Shown here piece by piece: positions 1 through 10,821 of a stretch of DNA of 64,000 bases. Each line of letters starts with the position of its first letter. The first letter of the stretch is position 1. This DNA comes from Arcicella sp. (GTDB lineage: Bacteria; Bacteroidota; Bacteroidia; Cytophagales; Spirosomataceae). The position numbers were made by a program, and so were the translations under genes. The DNA lies in NCBI GenBank assembly GCA_014376355.1, contig JACMRQ010000441.1, positions 15,875-79,874 on the forward strand, written 5' to 3'. The notes under the pieces are model-generated. The model ran no database searches. It was not told the origin of the DNA and saw only the letters and a program-made list of their open reading frames with translations.

Positions 1-388
1 CAATATTATGAAATACCTAACGCCAATAGAACACAAATTTTTCCTAAAACCAACCCGAGATATAAGTTTCGAATTCATCCAAGATGGCTATGAAATAATC
101 CACCGATATTCTAAAGGAAAACTCTACCAATCCGATCCAAAAATTTATTGCTTCGATGATCTAGGAACCGAAAATAACCTAAAATATTTTGGAAATGAAT
201 GTAATGTAATGGCTGAAATTTTGCTTAGTCGCTCCGATTTATTTACTGCCAAAAAAATCCAAACTCACATAACAACAAACCTATCGGCAACCGAAATAGA
301 AAACTACTACGGTAATAGAGTACGGAGCCGACTCCGTGAAATGGTTAATCTAATAGCCTACGACAAAACCACACCCGACAAACGCTAA
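1..388 (+). CDS. DnaC/IstB-like P-loop ATPase, 5' part outside the window
   Basis: Walker B-like YCFDDLGTE, then ITTNL and YGNRVRSRLREM. The frame is open to the window edge and no Walker A is visible. Confidence 0.7.
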   Translation, partial: NIMKYLTPIEHKFFLKPTRDISFEFIQDGYEIIHRYSKGKLYQSDPKIYCFDDLGTENNLKYFGNECNVMAEILLSRSDLFTAKKIQTHITTNLSATEIENYYGNRVRSRLREMVNLIAYDKTTPDKR

Positions 389-457
389 AATCATTATTTA
401 TAAAAATGTAATTACGAGTACAGCGAATCAACCTAAATTTTAAAACACAAAACAATC

Positions 458-1093
458 ATGAAAGCAACCTCCACATTTTGGAACTATTTTAACATCAATC
501 AAAAAACAATTTCCAACCTCCAAAACGAACACGACAAAACCTATAAACTAATCAACTTTTGGCTAGAACGACACATTAAAAACTACTGCCATCATTTAGA
601 CTATATCCTATTTTTTCCAAAGAAATCGGGCGAAAAATCACAAATAATAATAACCGCAAACGGAAATCCGCTTTATTTCAATTATGTAGAAACATTTGTA
701 AAAGCCGCTCCAAGAATCAAAAATTGGGAAGTAAAAGCATTTCTTCAACCCTCAACTAAAATTGAAAAAATTAAACAAGGTTTAGACGAACCATACATTT
801 TCTGCGATCTAATTCTAAAAACAAGTGAGTTGAAATTTGCACTTTTAAATCCCGACGAACAAAAGAAAAAACTAGACATTGTAGTTTATCTAAAAGACTA
901 CACGATTTACTGCGACAACAAAATTCTATTAGAAGCAGTATTTATCATCGTGCAAGATCTATTAGGAGAAAAATCAATGTATGAAAATTTGAATTTTGTG
1001 CAATTGGGGCAAATGCCAGTTGATGATACAAATCTTATCCAATTATTCGAGCTTCAAGCATATATTGACAAAATTAATTCTAGAAAAAATTAG
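458..1093 (+). CDS. Hypothetical protein
   Basis: 211-aa ORF directly after the ATPase; no family recognised with confidence. Confidence 0.65.
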   Translation: MKATSTFWNYFNINQKTISNLQNEHDKTYKLINFWLERHIKNYCHHLDYILFFPKKSGEKSQIIITANGNPLYFNYVETFVKAAPRIKNWEVKAFLQPSTKIEKIKQGLDEPYIFCDLILKTSELKFALLNPDEQKKKLDIVVYLKDYTIYCDNKILLEAVFIIVQDLLGEKSMYENLNFVQLGQMPVDDTNLIQLFELQAYIDKINSRKN

Positions 1094-1236
1094 TTTAATA
1101 TTACTTTCCATCACACCATAATCTTTAAACATTGCATGATAATTACAGTTTCAAATTATGTGAGAGGGTTCTCCTTAGGGAAAACCCCAAGTAAAACCCT
1201 AGGGATTCCGCCATTGTGTAGTACTTTGTTAAAAAG

Positions 1237-1244
1237 TAAATTTG
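1237..1244 (+). promoter_or_regulatory. Bacteroidota -7 promoter element (TAAATTTG) for the small ORF
   Basis: Matches TAnnTTTG; TTG at 1215-1217; ATG at 1272. Confidence 0.5.
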
Positions 1245-1271
1245 TTTTTATTAAATCTAAAAATTAAAAAT

Positions 1272-1400
1272 ATGGCACTAAAACCTGGAACAAAAAGAAT
1301 TGCAACATCTACAGGAAAGCCAGATCACCGTCAGCGTGATAATAAGGACACACCTGGGAACACACCTTCGCTAAAACCTCCTGTACCTAAAAAGAAGTGA
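1272..1400 (+). CDS. Small basic protein, 42 aa (not in the ORF track)
   Basis: MALKPGTKRIATSTGKPDHRQRDNKDTPGNTPSLKPPVPKKK; A-rich leader, upstream promoter motif, downstream terminator. Confidence 0.65.
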   Translation: MALKPGTKRIATSTGKPDHRQRDNKDTPGNTPSLKPPVPKKK

Positions 1401-1410
1401 TAATAGATTC

Positions 1411-1436
1411 AAAAGATGCCTTTCAGCATCTTTTTT
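1411..1436 (+). terminator. Intrinsic terminator
   Basis: aaaagatgc/gcatctttt stem followed by a T run. Confidence 0.7.
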
Positions 1437-1673
1437 ATTTTATTGAATATTTAAATGTTAACTATCTTTGAAAAGTTGTCATTTTATGCAAACTATTATA
1501 TCAGTTTCTAACGAATTAGATTGGAGAACTTACAGTCTCGTTAATTATGAATCCATTTTTGAAGAAAAAACATTTTCTTTTTTAGAAAATGTTTTAATTA
1601 TTGAAAATAAGAAATAATTATGACAACAATATTTCGACAAGCAGTTTCAATGTTAAAAGAGAATTGAAAAATT

Positions 1674-2390
1674 CTAATTATTACTTAAAGCTGCTAATTT
1701 TTGTCTCAAGTCTCGCAATAACTTTCCATGAATCTTTTTAAAATTTTGTAAAAAGTCGATATTAGACTGCAGCTTTTCAATTTCTATTTTTTTTATGAGC
1801 TTAACCTTACTTTTTTCAGTACCATCAATCTGGTCAGAATCTTTTTCTCTGTGAAGGACAATTTTAATAATATTAACATCAACATCTTCTGTTAATCGGG
1901 GTATGTTTGAAAGCCATTTTGCCTGTTCTGTACTGCTAAGCTCTAAAGCGGCATTATTTAAGGCTTGATCAATACAAATTCTGGCATACTTATCAGCATC
2001 TTTAGCTATTTCCAGCCATCCGTATCTTTTGAATATTTTTTTTGCTTCTGCTTCTTTCTTGTCAGTAATAGCGTTATCAAAATAAAACGGACGTTCTCGA
2101 TCAGGATTTAGTTTAACCAAAAAATCAAAAATTGGTTTGAAATTACGTAAAGGTTTTGAGTTACTAGGTAAATTCCATCTATGGCTCCAAATTTCTAAAA
2201 TAGTATCGAAGCATTCTTTTTCAAGTATGCTTTTTTCTATACCACTAGCATCTTCAACCTCGTTCATTTTTATGGCCAGATAATGTGCCATCCATCGGCC
2301 AAGCGTATCGACGCTCTGGTTAAGGTTAAGCTCCTTGACCAATAATTTACCCAAGTTGATAACTTTTTCCCGACTCTCTAATTTTTCCAT
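1674..2390 (-). CDS. avs3b: AVAST type 3 accessory protein Avs3b
   Basis: LGKLLVKEL...DTLGRWMAHYLA signature; overlaps the 3' end of the STAND gene. Confidence 0.8.
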   Translation of the reverse strand: MEKLESREKVINLGKLLVKELNLNQSVDTLGRWMAHYLAIKMNEVEDASGIEKSILEKECFDTILEIWSHRWNLPSNSKPLRNFKPIFDFLVKLNPDRERPFYFDNAITDKKEAEAKKIFKRYGWLEIAKDADKYARICIDQALNNAALELSSTEQAKWLSNIPRLTEDVDVNIIKIVLHREKDSDQIDGTEKSKVKLIKKIEIEKLQSNIDFLQNFKKIHGKLLRDLRQKLAALSNN

Positions 2391-5300
2391 CTGAAGATAA
2401 TATAAAAATTTTATTTAATGATTCTCTGTATTTTTCGTCATCCATGCGATATCGACGGTAAGTATTGCGACCTATCTGAACTTCAATAATAAGTTCACAT
2501 TGCAATTGTGTGCAGAGTAATTTTAAAAATGCTAACGACCCCATCATCTTTATTCCCTTTTGGGCAGGTTCATCATCCTGGGACTTGCTGTAATTTGCGT
2601 AAAGAATAGTAATAAGTGATGGAGAGGGAAATGTTTTTAAATACCACGTCTTTCCATCATCAGAAACATTTAGACTTAATGCTTCCCTTATTTTTTTTCC
2701 TATTGAATAAGGTGGGTAGTAAATTTCAGCCGCATAAGGGTCAAATTCATCGATTCCTCTTGAGGAATCTCTTTCATTTATCCAACCTTTAAGTTCAAAT
2801 TTTCCTGTTTTAATTTCCACACGTCTTTCTTCATAATTTGGAAGTTTAAAATCACGAAAATCATCACATGTACTTAAGGCATTTAGTAATGATTCAGACG
2901 TACTAGTTAATACTAATGCTGATGTAACATGATAGGTTCCAGTCACAGAAGAACTGTTTTCATGCCATGAACCTTTAACATTTAGCCATGGTTCACCATT
3001 AACCTGCTCAATAAGTGAATTTAAGAATTCATCTTCTTGAATTTCAAGCTGAGCTTTTCCACTGTAGTCACGGTCAAGCCAAGAAGGTCTATTTAAAGGT
3101 ACGGGGTCTCTAAAATCAGAAAGCCACATCCCATCAGATCTAGTTAGCAAATGTCTCGATAACCAATCATTCCATTCATCATCACGATACTCTCTTCTTT
3201 CAAGAATTGGCATATTTTCAAGTAAATCTGCAGCAACGACCATCATCGAATGGTAGGATAAGTAAAAATCGTAGCGATCTGTCGTTGGATACTCTGACTT
3301 GCTGTACCATGTACTACGATCATTTGAGGAATTCCACAAATTTACTCTTGGGTCTTGGTTGTATCCTCCTCGTTCGACTACTCCCCAACTGCTGATTACA
3401 TTTGCAGCAAGGTCTTCTACTTGTTTGATTGGAACTCCAAATACTTCTCCTAAAGGTTGAAACCAGTAACTGTCAAAATCATATCCAAAAAGATAGTCAA
3501 TTTCTCGGTTTACTTCTCCCCTAGCATGCAGATAACTATTTGTTTGAAAATTGTAATCAACTTTTTTTACCGGATACTTTGATTTTAAAATTTGCTGTAA
3601 AGCATTTGTTTGTTCGTCGGTAAATAGATCGGGATTATAATTTTTCATTGTAAGCGCTATATCACCAGCAAATTTCTGAATAAGTATATGTTTTACATTC
3701 AGGGCATAATGAATGACTACATCTTTTTCTTTTAAAAAAGCTAAAGGATTATTGATGGCGGCTCTACTAAACGCTATAAATAAATATAACTTTGCATGCA
3801 AATTATAAAAGGGATACCTCTTAATACCAAACGAGTCGATTGAATCGTGCTTCAGCCACCAAAAAAGTTCATCTACAACGCCGATACATTTACCTTCTAT
3901 CAATTTTTTCACACAATGTGCAGCTTTCCATCTGATTTCTGATTCCGGAGAACCAAGCGACGAATAAATAAATCCGGCTAATACATTGTTTAGGTCATCG
4001 TTATCAACATTCATATCATCATAGGATCCCTCAGCAAACTCTTCATCAATATGCAATTCAAATCTTGAAATCGCAAATTCTAGAAGATCAGTAGCTTCAT
4101 CAATTGCTAGGTATGGACAGGTTGTTACTACAAATCCAAATAACATTTCGGAATTTGCAAATTCATTGCCCGATGACAATGTTTCGAAAATTCCCTCTTG
4201 AAGTATTAAAAGTTGGTCTTTGTTAAGGTCTAATTTTGATTCTAGCGAGTTCTTATAGTATGGAATAACTAACTCGTAGGCAAACTTTTGACCTAATTTT
4301 CGTATCAGTTTTGCAAAATTTCTTTTAAAACTAACCCTCTTTTTCCACGAATCCGGTATAACTTCGAAAATCTCTTCAATATCATATAAATTTAAATCCT
4401 CAACTTGAAGAACTGTGTCAAGAAATTGGAAAGCCGAATTTTCACTTATTTTTAAAATCATTTCTTTCCAAAATTCTCGTTTTGGCATATGTAACTTTGC
4501 TTTCTTGTTCCTTTTCTTAAAATTAGCCCTTGCTAAAGTCATTGCCTCTTTTGTATTCAGATCTAAATCTAAAAAAATTTCTTTCCAATTAAATCCGGTA
4601 CTGATGTCGACAGTAAGCGATGCTTCTTCCTCTAGCTGTTTTTCTATTTTATTTGCTGTATAGAAACTTATAACTTCGTCTAATTCTTTATTGGTTATTT
4701 TTGAAATATCACAAGCAGTCTTAATTGATTTCCAATAACTCTCACTTACTCCTTCATTTTTTAAGATGGGCATCAATGCATCAATCAATTGTAATTTATC
4801 TTCTTTGGAAATTTTTCGGTGTAAACATTTTAAAAGGAATTCGCAAATTTGCCCAATGTTCAAAAATGAAGTCATCGCTATAGCAATTTCAATTGAAATT
4901 TTCTTTTCGTCGATAAGTTCTAATAGTAAAGCAGCTTCAAGCCATTCAAATCTTCCCACATGCCTTTCACGCCATCTACTCAAAGATGACATTCCTGCAA
5001 AATTTGACATTCGTGTACAAATCTGTATTGCCTCTCCGCGATCCCAGTGCTTTTCCCTTAAATTTTCTCCAACTAACTCCGCGATTCTAATATATCTAAA
5101 GGCAATGTTTGAATTGTTAGTATCTCTTTTTGCAGTTTCTTTTGCCAAAGCAGTCGTAGCTTCCCATCTTTGATACAGTTCATCACCGAATTTTGATACA
5201 ATATCAATTGCGTATTCAAAGTAAACACTAGCATCATCAATCGAATCAACAAGTATAGCTCGTGCCATTGCAATATATCTCTCGGCAATCTGATCTGGTC

Positions 5301-8300
5301 CGTCATCTGTAATAGATTTGATTAAATTAAAAGCGTTCTGTTCACACTCCTTTCGATAATTTGTCAAATGATTTAGTCTGTACGCTGATCTTAATAATTC
5401 AAAATGATGATAAGCATAAAAACTATCCTTGTTTCGGGTCCATTCTTTAAAATACTGGTCAACTTCAATTTGGGGAAGATTACCTGACCATTTAAGAATC
5501 GAAATGTAAATAGAATTTAGTTCCGAAGAAATTGAATCACTACTGCGGTATCGTCCTTGTAGAGCCTGATGGGAATTTTTACTAGTTTCAAGGGCTGAAT
5601 CAGGTAAATTTAGAGTCTGACTTTTTATTACTTTTAATCTAAGTTGGTACCAGGGCAATAGACCATTTACCAAATATTTAAACTCTTTTAAATCGTCATC
5701 TGATCTCCTTTTTTGCTCAGTGTTTATCAGATTAGACGGAATAATGCTGTCCATTATTACATCCACATTTTTATATATAAGCATCCGTATTGCCAAAGCC
5801 CGCAAGAATATTTCTCTATCGGTGCTAAAATGGGAACTATAGACCATTTGATTTGCTCTTTCCGGAAAATAGTAATTCAAAGCCTTTAGAATTCTCTTGG
5901 AATCTAAATTTCTGAGTACACAAGCTTCTAAAAATGATAATATAGCAGGAAGCAAAGTATCACCATGAATTCGCGATCCGAGTTTTATGCGAGTTTTGCT
6001 CAAACATAATGATTTGAGACAACTTTCTAAAAAAGTTGATGAAGGGGCATGTCCTACCTTTCCTAATTCATCAGTAATTGCAATTACGTAATAAGGATGT
6101 TCACAAACTGACTCAGCTAACTTCTCAATTTTAGCAAAGTCACCAATATCGATAAGTTTTGCTGTCAGAGATTTAATCACATTATATACTGCCGATGCAG
6201 GATTCAACTTTAAAATAAATTTAACTGAGCTTTCTAATCCATTGATGTTTAACTGAGCAAAGCATAACTCTAGTACATCGCCATCTTCAAGTTTAACATC
6301 GTTATGATTGCTGGTTTTTTTCTTTCTAGATTCCTCAAAGTACACATCAAGCCAATACAATGCAGCTCGCAAATATCCTCGTGCCTCTCCTCTAGTTTCC
6401 TCCATCGATGATAACAGGGAAGCACTATACACGTTCTCTGAACCAACCCAACTACCAGACAATGAACGTTTAAAGGCAATCTCCTTGACCTTTTCATTGC
6501 TCTGTAATAATACCAGTAGGTCCAAGTTTTGCCTAAGCAGAATTAATTGACGTTGCTCTCCAGCCATTTCTTCACCGGCTCTTATAGCTATTTTTACTGC
6601 ATCTTTAAATTGCTTTATTTTTAATGCAGCTTTAAAAGCAAACTGCAATCGATAAATTCTAATATTTCTTGCATCTATTGGATTGTCCGTTGGTAAAAAA
6701 TCATCAGATAAGGCTGTGCTAATAAGTTTATGATATTGTTCAGCCTGTAGATACAGCTGAGGTAATACCAGTGCAACATAAGCAGAGGTTTGACCTAGTT
6801 GCTCAAGTGAAGAAACATATGCTTTAAAATCACTTACAGTCCCGCAGTATTTTTTTCGAAACCAGGTTTCAGTAGGTTCATCTCTAAATTGAACTGTAGA
6901 GTCTGAAATCCACAGAGGCCGTCCTATATCTGAAACAAAGCTCTTTACATTGGCATTTTCTACCTGCGCAGCTTTGGCAAGTACATCAATCGGAATGTGG
7001 GGTGAAAGACTGGCAAGACCGGTACATATTGAGTTTACTTGTGCTTTAAAATCATTTGGATATATATCTTCTATTCTCTCCACTGCACGAGATAATTGAA
7101 GTTCAATTTGATCTTCAACTGTTGTCCCCACGGGACCCAAATTTCTCAACAACTCAGCTATTGCGGTTACTTTATAGTCAAGAGAGTTGGCTTGTACCCG
7201 AGGATTTCCATTGGTCAACCTATGAAATTCTGCGCCATCTTGCTTCGAAGCCTCAGGAAAGTAATGTTTTAAATTTTCGTAGGACTCATTTTCATTAAAA
7301 CCACTTAATTCAAACTTTTCATTTGAATTAAGTGGTTGCAACAGCTGAATTCTCTCAGTACGGCACAAAAAGGCTATTTTACAACCAGGAGGCATTTGCT
7401 CTCTGATAAGTTCGTGTGCAAAACAGGAATCATTAAATTCTAACGCAGCCATTTCTGCATTATCTGCAGCATCAATTAATAAAACCAAGTTCGCACTTCT
7501 ATTAGCTTTTAGTAATGCCTCTGAAGCAGTTGTGATTCGATACATAAAACTATGCATAATGTCACGTTCGGGAACATTATATTGGACTAACATAGGCGGG
7601 CAGAGCCCCATTGCAGAAAGCTCATTAGCTATTTGCACCAATGCAATCCTATGTCCGTGTCTAGTTTTGCTTCGATCTCGATAATTCCCGGCACCAAAAC
7701 AATCATAAGCTATTCCAACTGACTCTTGCGGTAATGATTCAAGCACTTGTCTAGCAAAAACAGATTTACCAACTCCACCTTCAGCATGTATGATAACAGG
7801 GGAGCTTGCAGATAATATGTTTTTTATAAGTTCATTGTGTTGCAGTCTTTTAACTGTTTGATCAACATGTTCCCAGAGTGGCTCAGCCGGATACATATCT
7901 CTTTCTGAAGAAAAATTAAATCGTCTTAAAATATCATTTTTTACGATTAAACCATTTGAATTAGGTAGTACTTTTTCTTGGATTAGATTTGTAATCCTTT
8001 CCAATGGCGAATCATCAAAGGTTCCCGCAAACAATTGCTTCAGTTCTGTACGTAGTTCTTCCTTTTGTATATTGTAATTTCCTTCTCCATCTTCGAGAAT
8101 AACTGCAGCACAAAATTCCTTTAATTTTAGACCTGTAAACCCTGTGTAATTTTCAATTGTTTTTGCAAATAGCTTAGTAACTTTTTTTCCATGACTGATT
8201 AGATCAATATTTCTTTTGAAATCATCTGCAATCTTACGATTTGTTATTGCTACAAATGAAACATCTTTTGAAGCAAGGTCACCATTTATTGCATGTTGTT

Positions 8301-8601
8301 CGTACCTTTTGGCAAAACCCTCAAATGTAGTTTTCAAATCACTTAGTACAAAAGGTATGTCTCCCTGTACTGTTGTATGTTTAAGTTGGTAGTATTTTAT
8401 TTTTTGCTTTCCATTATCAGATAAGTAAGTTTCTGTAACATCAATAACTAATTCTCCCGCCTTCTCAACTTCTTGAGAACCTTCTACGGTGATTGATTCT
8501 AGTAATGTGTTAGGATAAATTAACTGCAGTGACCTTCTGGCAGCCCACCTGTAGTGAAATACATCTCCAGCTCGTGAATATCCAACTAAATCATTTCCCA
8601 T
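2347..8601 (-). CDS. avs3a: AVAST type 3 anti-phage nuclease/STAND ATPase Avs3a
   Basis: 2084 aa. N-terminal SRAGDVFHYRWAARR and IDV...YQLKH (Cap4-like PD-(D/E)xK nuclease), Walker A AEGGVGKS, Walker B LLIDAAD, GNPR motif, long helical sensor region. Confidence 0.88.
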   Translation of the reverse strand: MGNDLVGYSRAGDVFHYRWAARRSLQLIYPNTLLESITVEGSQEVEKAGELVIDVTETYLSDNGKQKIKYYQLKHTTVQGDIPFVLSDLKTTFEGFAKRYEQHAINGDLASKDVSFVAITNRKIADDFKRNIDLISHGKKVTKLFAKTIENYTGFTGLKLKEFCAAVILEDGEGNYNIQKEELRTELKQLFAGTFDDSPLERITNLIQEKVLPNSNGLIVKNDILRRFNFSSERDMYPAEPLWEHVDQTVKRLQHNELIKNILSASSPVIIHAEGGVGKSVFARQVLESLPQESVGIAYDCFGAGNYRDRSKTRHGHRIALVQIANELSAMGLCPPMLVQYNVPERDIMHSFMYRITTASEALLKANRSANLVLLIDAADNAEMAALEFNDSCFAHELIREQMPPGCKIAFLCRTERIQLLQPLNSNEKFELSGFNENESYENLKHYFPEASKQDGAEFHRLTNGNPRVQANSLDYKVTAIAELLRNLGPVGTTVEDQIELQLSRAVERIEDIYPNDFKAQVNSICTGLASLSPHIPIDVLAKAAQVENANVKSFVSDIGRPLWISDSTVQFRDEPTETWFRKKYCGTVSDFKAYVSSLEQLGQTSAYVALVLPQLYLQAEQYHKLISTALSDDFLPTDNPIDARNIRIYRLQFAFKAALKIKQFKDAVKIAIRAGEEMAGEQRQLILLRQNLDLLVLLQSNEKVKEIAFKRSLSGSWVGSENVYSASLLSSMEETRGEARGYLRAALYWLDVYFEESRKKKTSNHNDVKLEDGDVLELCFAQLNINGLESSVKFILKLNPASAVYNVIKSLTAKLIDIGDFAKIEKLAESVCEHPYYVIAITDELGKVGHAPSSTFLESCLKSLCLSKTRIKLGSRIHGDTLLPAILSFLEACVLRNLDSKRILKALNYYFPERANQMVYSSHFSTDREIFLRALAIRMLIYKNVDVIMDSIIPSNLINTEQKRRSDDDLKEFKYLVNGLLPWYQLRLKVIKSQTLNLPDSALETSKNSHQALQGRYRSSDSISSELNSIYISILKWSGNLPQIEVDQYFKEWTRNKDSFYAYHHFELLRSAYRLNHLTNYRKECEQNAFNLIKSITDDGPDQIAERYIAMARAILVDSIDDASVYFEYAIDIVSKFGDELYQRWEATTALAKETAKRDTNNSNIAFRYIRIAELVGENLREKHWDRGEAIQICTRMSNFAGMSSLSRWRERHVGRFEWLEAALLLELIDEKKISIEIAIAMTSFLNIGQICEFLLKCLHRKISKEDKLQLIDALMPILKNEGVSESYWKSIKTACDISKITNKELDEVISFYTANKIEKQLEEEASLTVDISTGFNWKEIFLDLDLNTKEAMTLARANFKKRNKKAKLHMPKREFWKEMILKISENSAFQFLDTVLQVEDLNLYDIEEIFEVIPDSWKKRVSFKRNFAKLIRKLGQKFAYELVIPYYKNSLESKLDLNKDQLLILQEGIFETLSSGNEFANSEMLFGFVVTTCPYLAIDEATDLLEFAISRFELHIDEEFAEGSYDDMNVDNDDLNNVLAGFIYSSLGSPESEIRWKAAHCVKKLIEGKCIGVVDELFWWLKHDSIDSFGIKRYPFYNLHAKLYLFIAFSRAAINNPLAFLKEKDVVIHYALNVKHILIQKFAGDIALTMKNYNPDLFTDEQTNALQQILKSKYPVKKVDYNFQTNSYLHARGEVNREIDYLFGYDFDSYWFQPLGEVFGVPIKQVEDLAANVISSWGVVERGGYNQDPRVNLWNSSNDRSTWYSKSEYPTTDRYDFYLSYHSMMVVAADLLENMPILERREYRDDEWNDWLSRHLLTRSDGMWLSDFRDPVPLNRPSWLDRDYSGKAQLEIQEDEFLNSLIEQVNGEPWLNVKGSWHENSSSVTGTYHVTSALVLTSTSESLLNALSTCDDFRDFKLPNYEERRVEIKTGKFELKGWINERDSSRGIDEFDPYAAEIYYPPYSIGKKIREALSLNVSDDGKTWYLKTFPSPSLITILYANYSKSQDDEPAQKGIKMMGSLAFLKLLCTQLQCELIIEVQIGRNTYRRYRMDDEKYRESLNKIFILSSDGKIRESGKSYQLG

Positions 8602-9109
8602 CTATTTTCTCATTATCTATCATCTTCGAAGCCTTTTTTTAAATTATTTAATAACGAAATAGTCTCTTCAACTGAGTATTCAAAGAATTCTGTCATTATT
8701 TTTCGTGTTGGTCTAATGGCTGGAGAATTGGTATTCCCATCCATTAAATCTAAAATACTTTGATTTAGCGCTTAATTAATAATTGTAATCTTTGCTATTT
8801 CACGCCCCATCCACCTCTTGATAGCACGGATTTGTAATCATTGCATTATCAAACAAGATACCCAAACCCTGAGTTTTCAATTTTTATAAAATCTTCAACC
8901 AAGAACCGATGTCACTATTAGATGCTTCAAACCGGCAAATTTAGAGACAGAAGTATTAGAATTGTAAAATTAATCTTTAGCATAAAAGGCAATAAAGTGC
9001 CAAAACTTAATTTAGAACTATAAATTCAAATACCCAAACCAAGCTCAGCAAATGTCTCCCCACACCTTGGAATATTTCATAACCAACCCACAACCAACTC
9101 CTCCATCAA

Positions 9110-9628
9110 CTACCCCCTACTCCTAACCAAAACAACCTCAACAACCAAAAAGTCTTTATTGCTTTTATAGTCCCGTTTCTTGATAAAATCAATATGCTTG
9201 ATACTTCCTAAAGCCCCATTATTCTCTATCTTATCAATCAAAGCTAGGCAACCATTAAAAGAACCTTCCAAAGAAAAAATATAACTCGTAGTTGTTGTTC
9301 CGTCATTTACGATGATATGTGGCTCTTTAAAATCAACAATTTTCAAATGGTAAGTATTGCTGTAAGTGTTAAGCTGTTTCAGCAAATCATTCTGAAACGA
9401 TTCCGAATTCGTGATTTTGTATTGTGACAATAATAGATCGAGTTGCTTTTCTTTTTGTTTTAATTCAAACAACAATTGTGGACTCGAAGCTTCAGACGAA
9501 ATCAACTCCTTCTTCGACTGATATTCTTTATAATAACTAATCGTTTTAGAAATCGCAAAAGCATAGCTGATATAAAGCGCTATCGCAAAGCCAAAAATCA
9601 AAAGCTTATTCTTTTTATCAAGTATCAT
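9110..9628 (-). CDS. PilO/GspM-like assembly platform protein
   Basis: N-terminal TM, coiled coil, C-terminal LEGSF motif; last gene of the secretin operon. Confidence 0.6.
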   Translation of the reverse strand: MILDKKNKLLIFGFAIALYISYAFAISKTISYYKEYQSKKELISSEASSPQLLFELKQKEKQLDLLLSQYKITNSESFQNDLLKQLNTYSNTYHLKIVDFKEPHIIVNDGTTTTSYIFSLEGSFNGCLALIDKIENNGALGSIKHIDFIKKRDYKSNKDFLVVEVVLVRSRG

Positions 9629-10821
9629 TGCAATAGAATTTTAATTGTAAATCCCGTTGCATTGGTTTCATCTTTTCCAAAATTCACAATAGTCACTTGT
9701 TGCACCCTCTTGATCTTCTCAATGGCTTCAACCCAATTTGTAAAGGCGGCATTGTCTATGGTAGCTCCAGAAACAAGAAGAGTTTTCTCTAAAACTTTTA
9801 TCGGCTCCTCTTCTTTTATTTTTTTCTCCAGCGGCTGAAACGCAAACTCAGTCAGCAAGATAGAATTCGGAACTTTAGATGCTATTTCATTGATGATTTG
9901 TGAACTTTTCGATGAACTCAAATCAATAAATTCTTTCACTTTGGTCTCTTTTACCGCAATGCGCGCTTTGGTTGCATTAATATCTTCCAAAGAAGATTGA
10001 TTCATACTTAACTCACTACTGACCTCTTCCGTTTTTCTATAGTAGTAATTAAAAGCAAAAAAATTAATAAGCAATAGAGTAAGCAAACTCCCAATCATGA
10101 CTTTAATACCCTTAATAAACAAAGTCTTTTGATCGAAAGCACCACGAAGAACAGCATTATAGTCCAATACATTTCCGTTAGTAATACTACTACCTAAAAT
10201 CAAACGCAGTATTCCTGCAAATCCTAATAAATAACTATTTTCAACCGCCAAACCATTTAGCGAATACGTTTTCAATGCTGTCGTTTTTTTACCGACAACA
10301 ACCGAATTAATCTCATCCCAACTAACAACCTGCGTATTGGTTTCCAATTCACTTTTTTCAGAATACGAAATAATTTCCGAAATAGAACAAACACCCAAAC
10401 TAAGTCCTGCAATCAAGACACCCTGCCCTTGGTATTGCGCTAAAATCCCATCTACATAGGTTTTCCTACTCACAGCAACAATCGATTTGGTTTTCAATCG
10501 CCAAATCTCATAATAGAAATCATCCCATGCCAAATTAGGAAATGCTTTGCGAATCAACTTCTCATTGCTACCATCCACTCCTTCTAACTCTTTTTGAATG
10601 ACTTGATTGGTATTGATAACCAAATAAAAAGGCAATCTCTTATCACAATGCTTTGGAATATTTTCAGTGTTACTCGTGTTTTCTTTAGCTGAAATAATGA
10701 GTTCGCCCTTCTTCTTTTCTATCAAAAGAAGTGCAATACAATCATTAGCATCCAAAGTGTAATGCTCAATACCGATATATTGATTTCCTAATAATATATT
10801 GGATAGCGCAGCCAATGCCAT
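9625..10821 (-). CDS. GspL/PilM-PilN-like assembly protein
   Basis: Cytoplasmic N-domain, single TM, coiled coil and PilN-like C-terminal domain; coupled to the secretin gene. Confidence 0.65.
   Translation of the reverse strand: MALAALSNILLGNQYIGIEHYTLDANDCIALLLIEKKKGELIISAKENTSNTENIPKHCDKRLPFYLVINTNQVIQKELEGVDGSNEKLIRKAFPNLAWDDFYYEIWRLKTKSIVAVSRKTYVDGILAQYQGQGVLIAGLSLGVCSISEIISYSEKSELETNTQVVSWDEINSVVVGKKTTALKTYSLNGLAVENSYLLGFAGILRLILGSSITNGNVLDYNAVLRGAFDQKTLFIKGIKVMIGSLLTLLLINFFAFNYYYRKTEEVSSELSMNQSSLEDINATKARIAVKETKVKEFIDLSSSKSSQIINEIASKVPNSILLTEFAFQPLEKKIKEEEPIKVLEKTLLVSGATIDNAAFTNWVEAIEKIKRVQQVTIVNFGKDETNATGFTIKILLQ

Noticed and set aside
3207-7298. Short ORFs within avs3a
   Set aside because: Antisense or out-of-frame shadows of a long motif-bearing gene.
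8613-8990. Broken minus-strand frame ending ...LKKGFEDDR* just before avs3a
   Set aside because: Probably a gene remnant, but it has several stops and no recognisable family.
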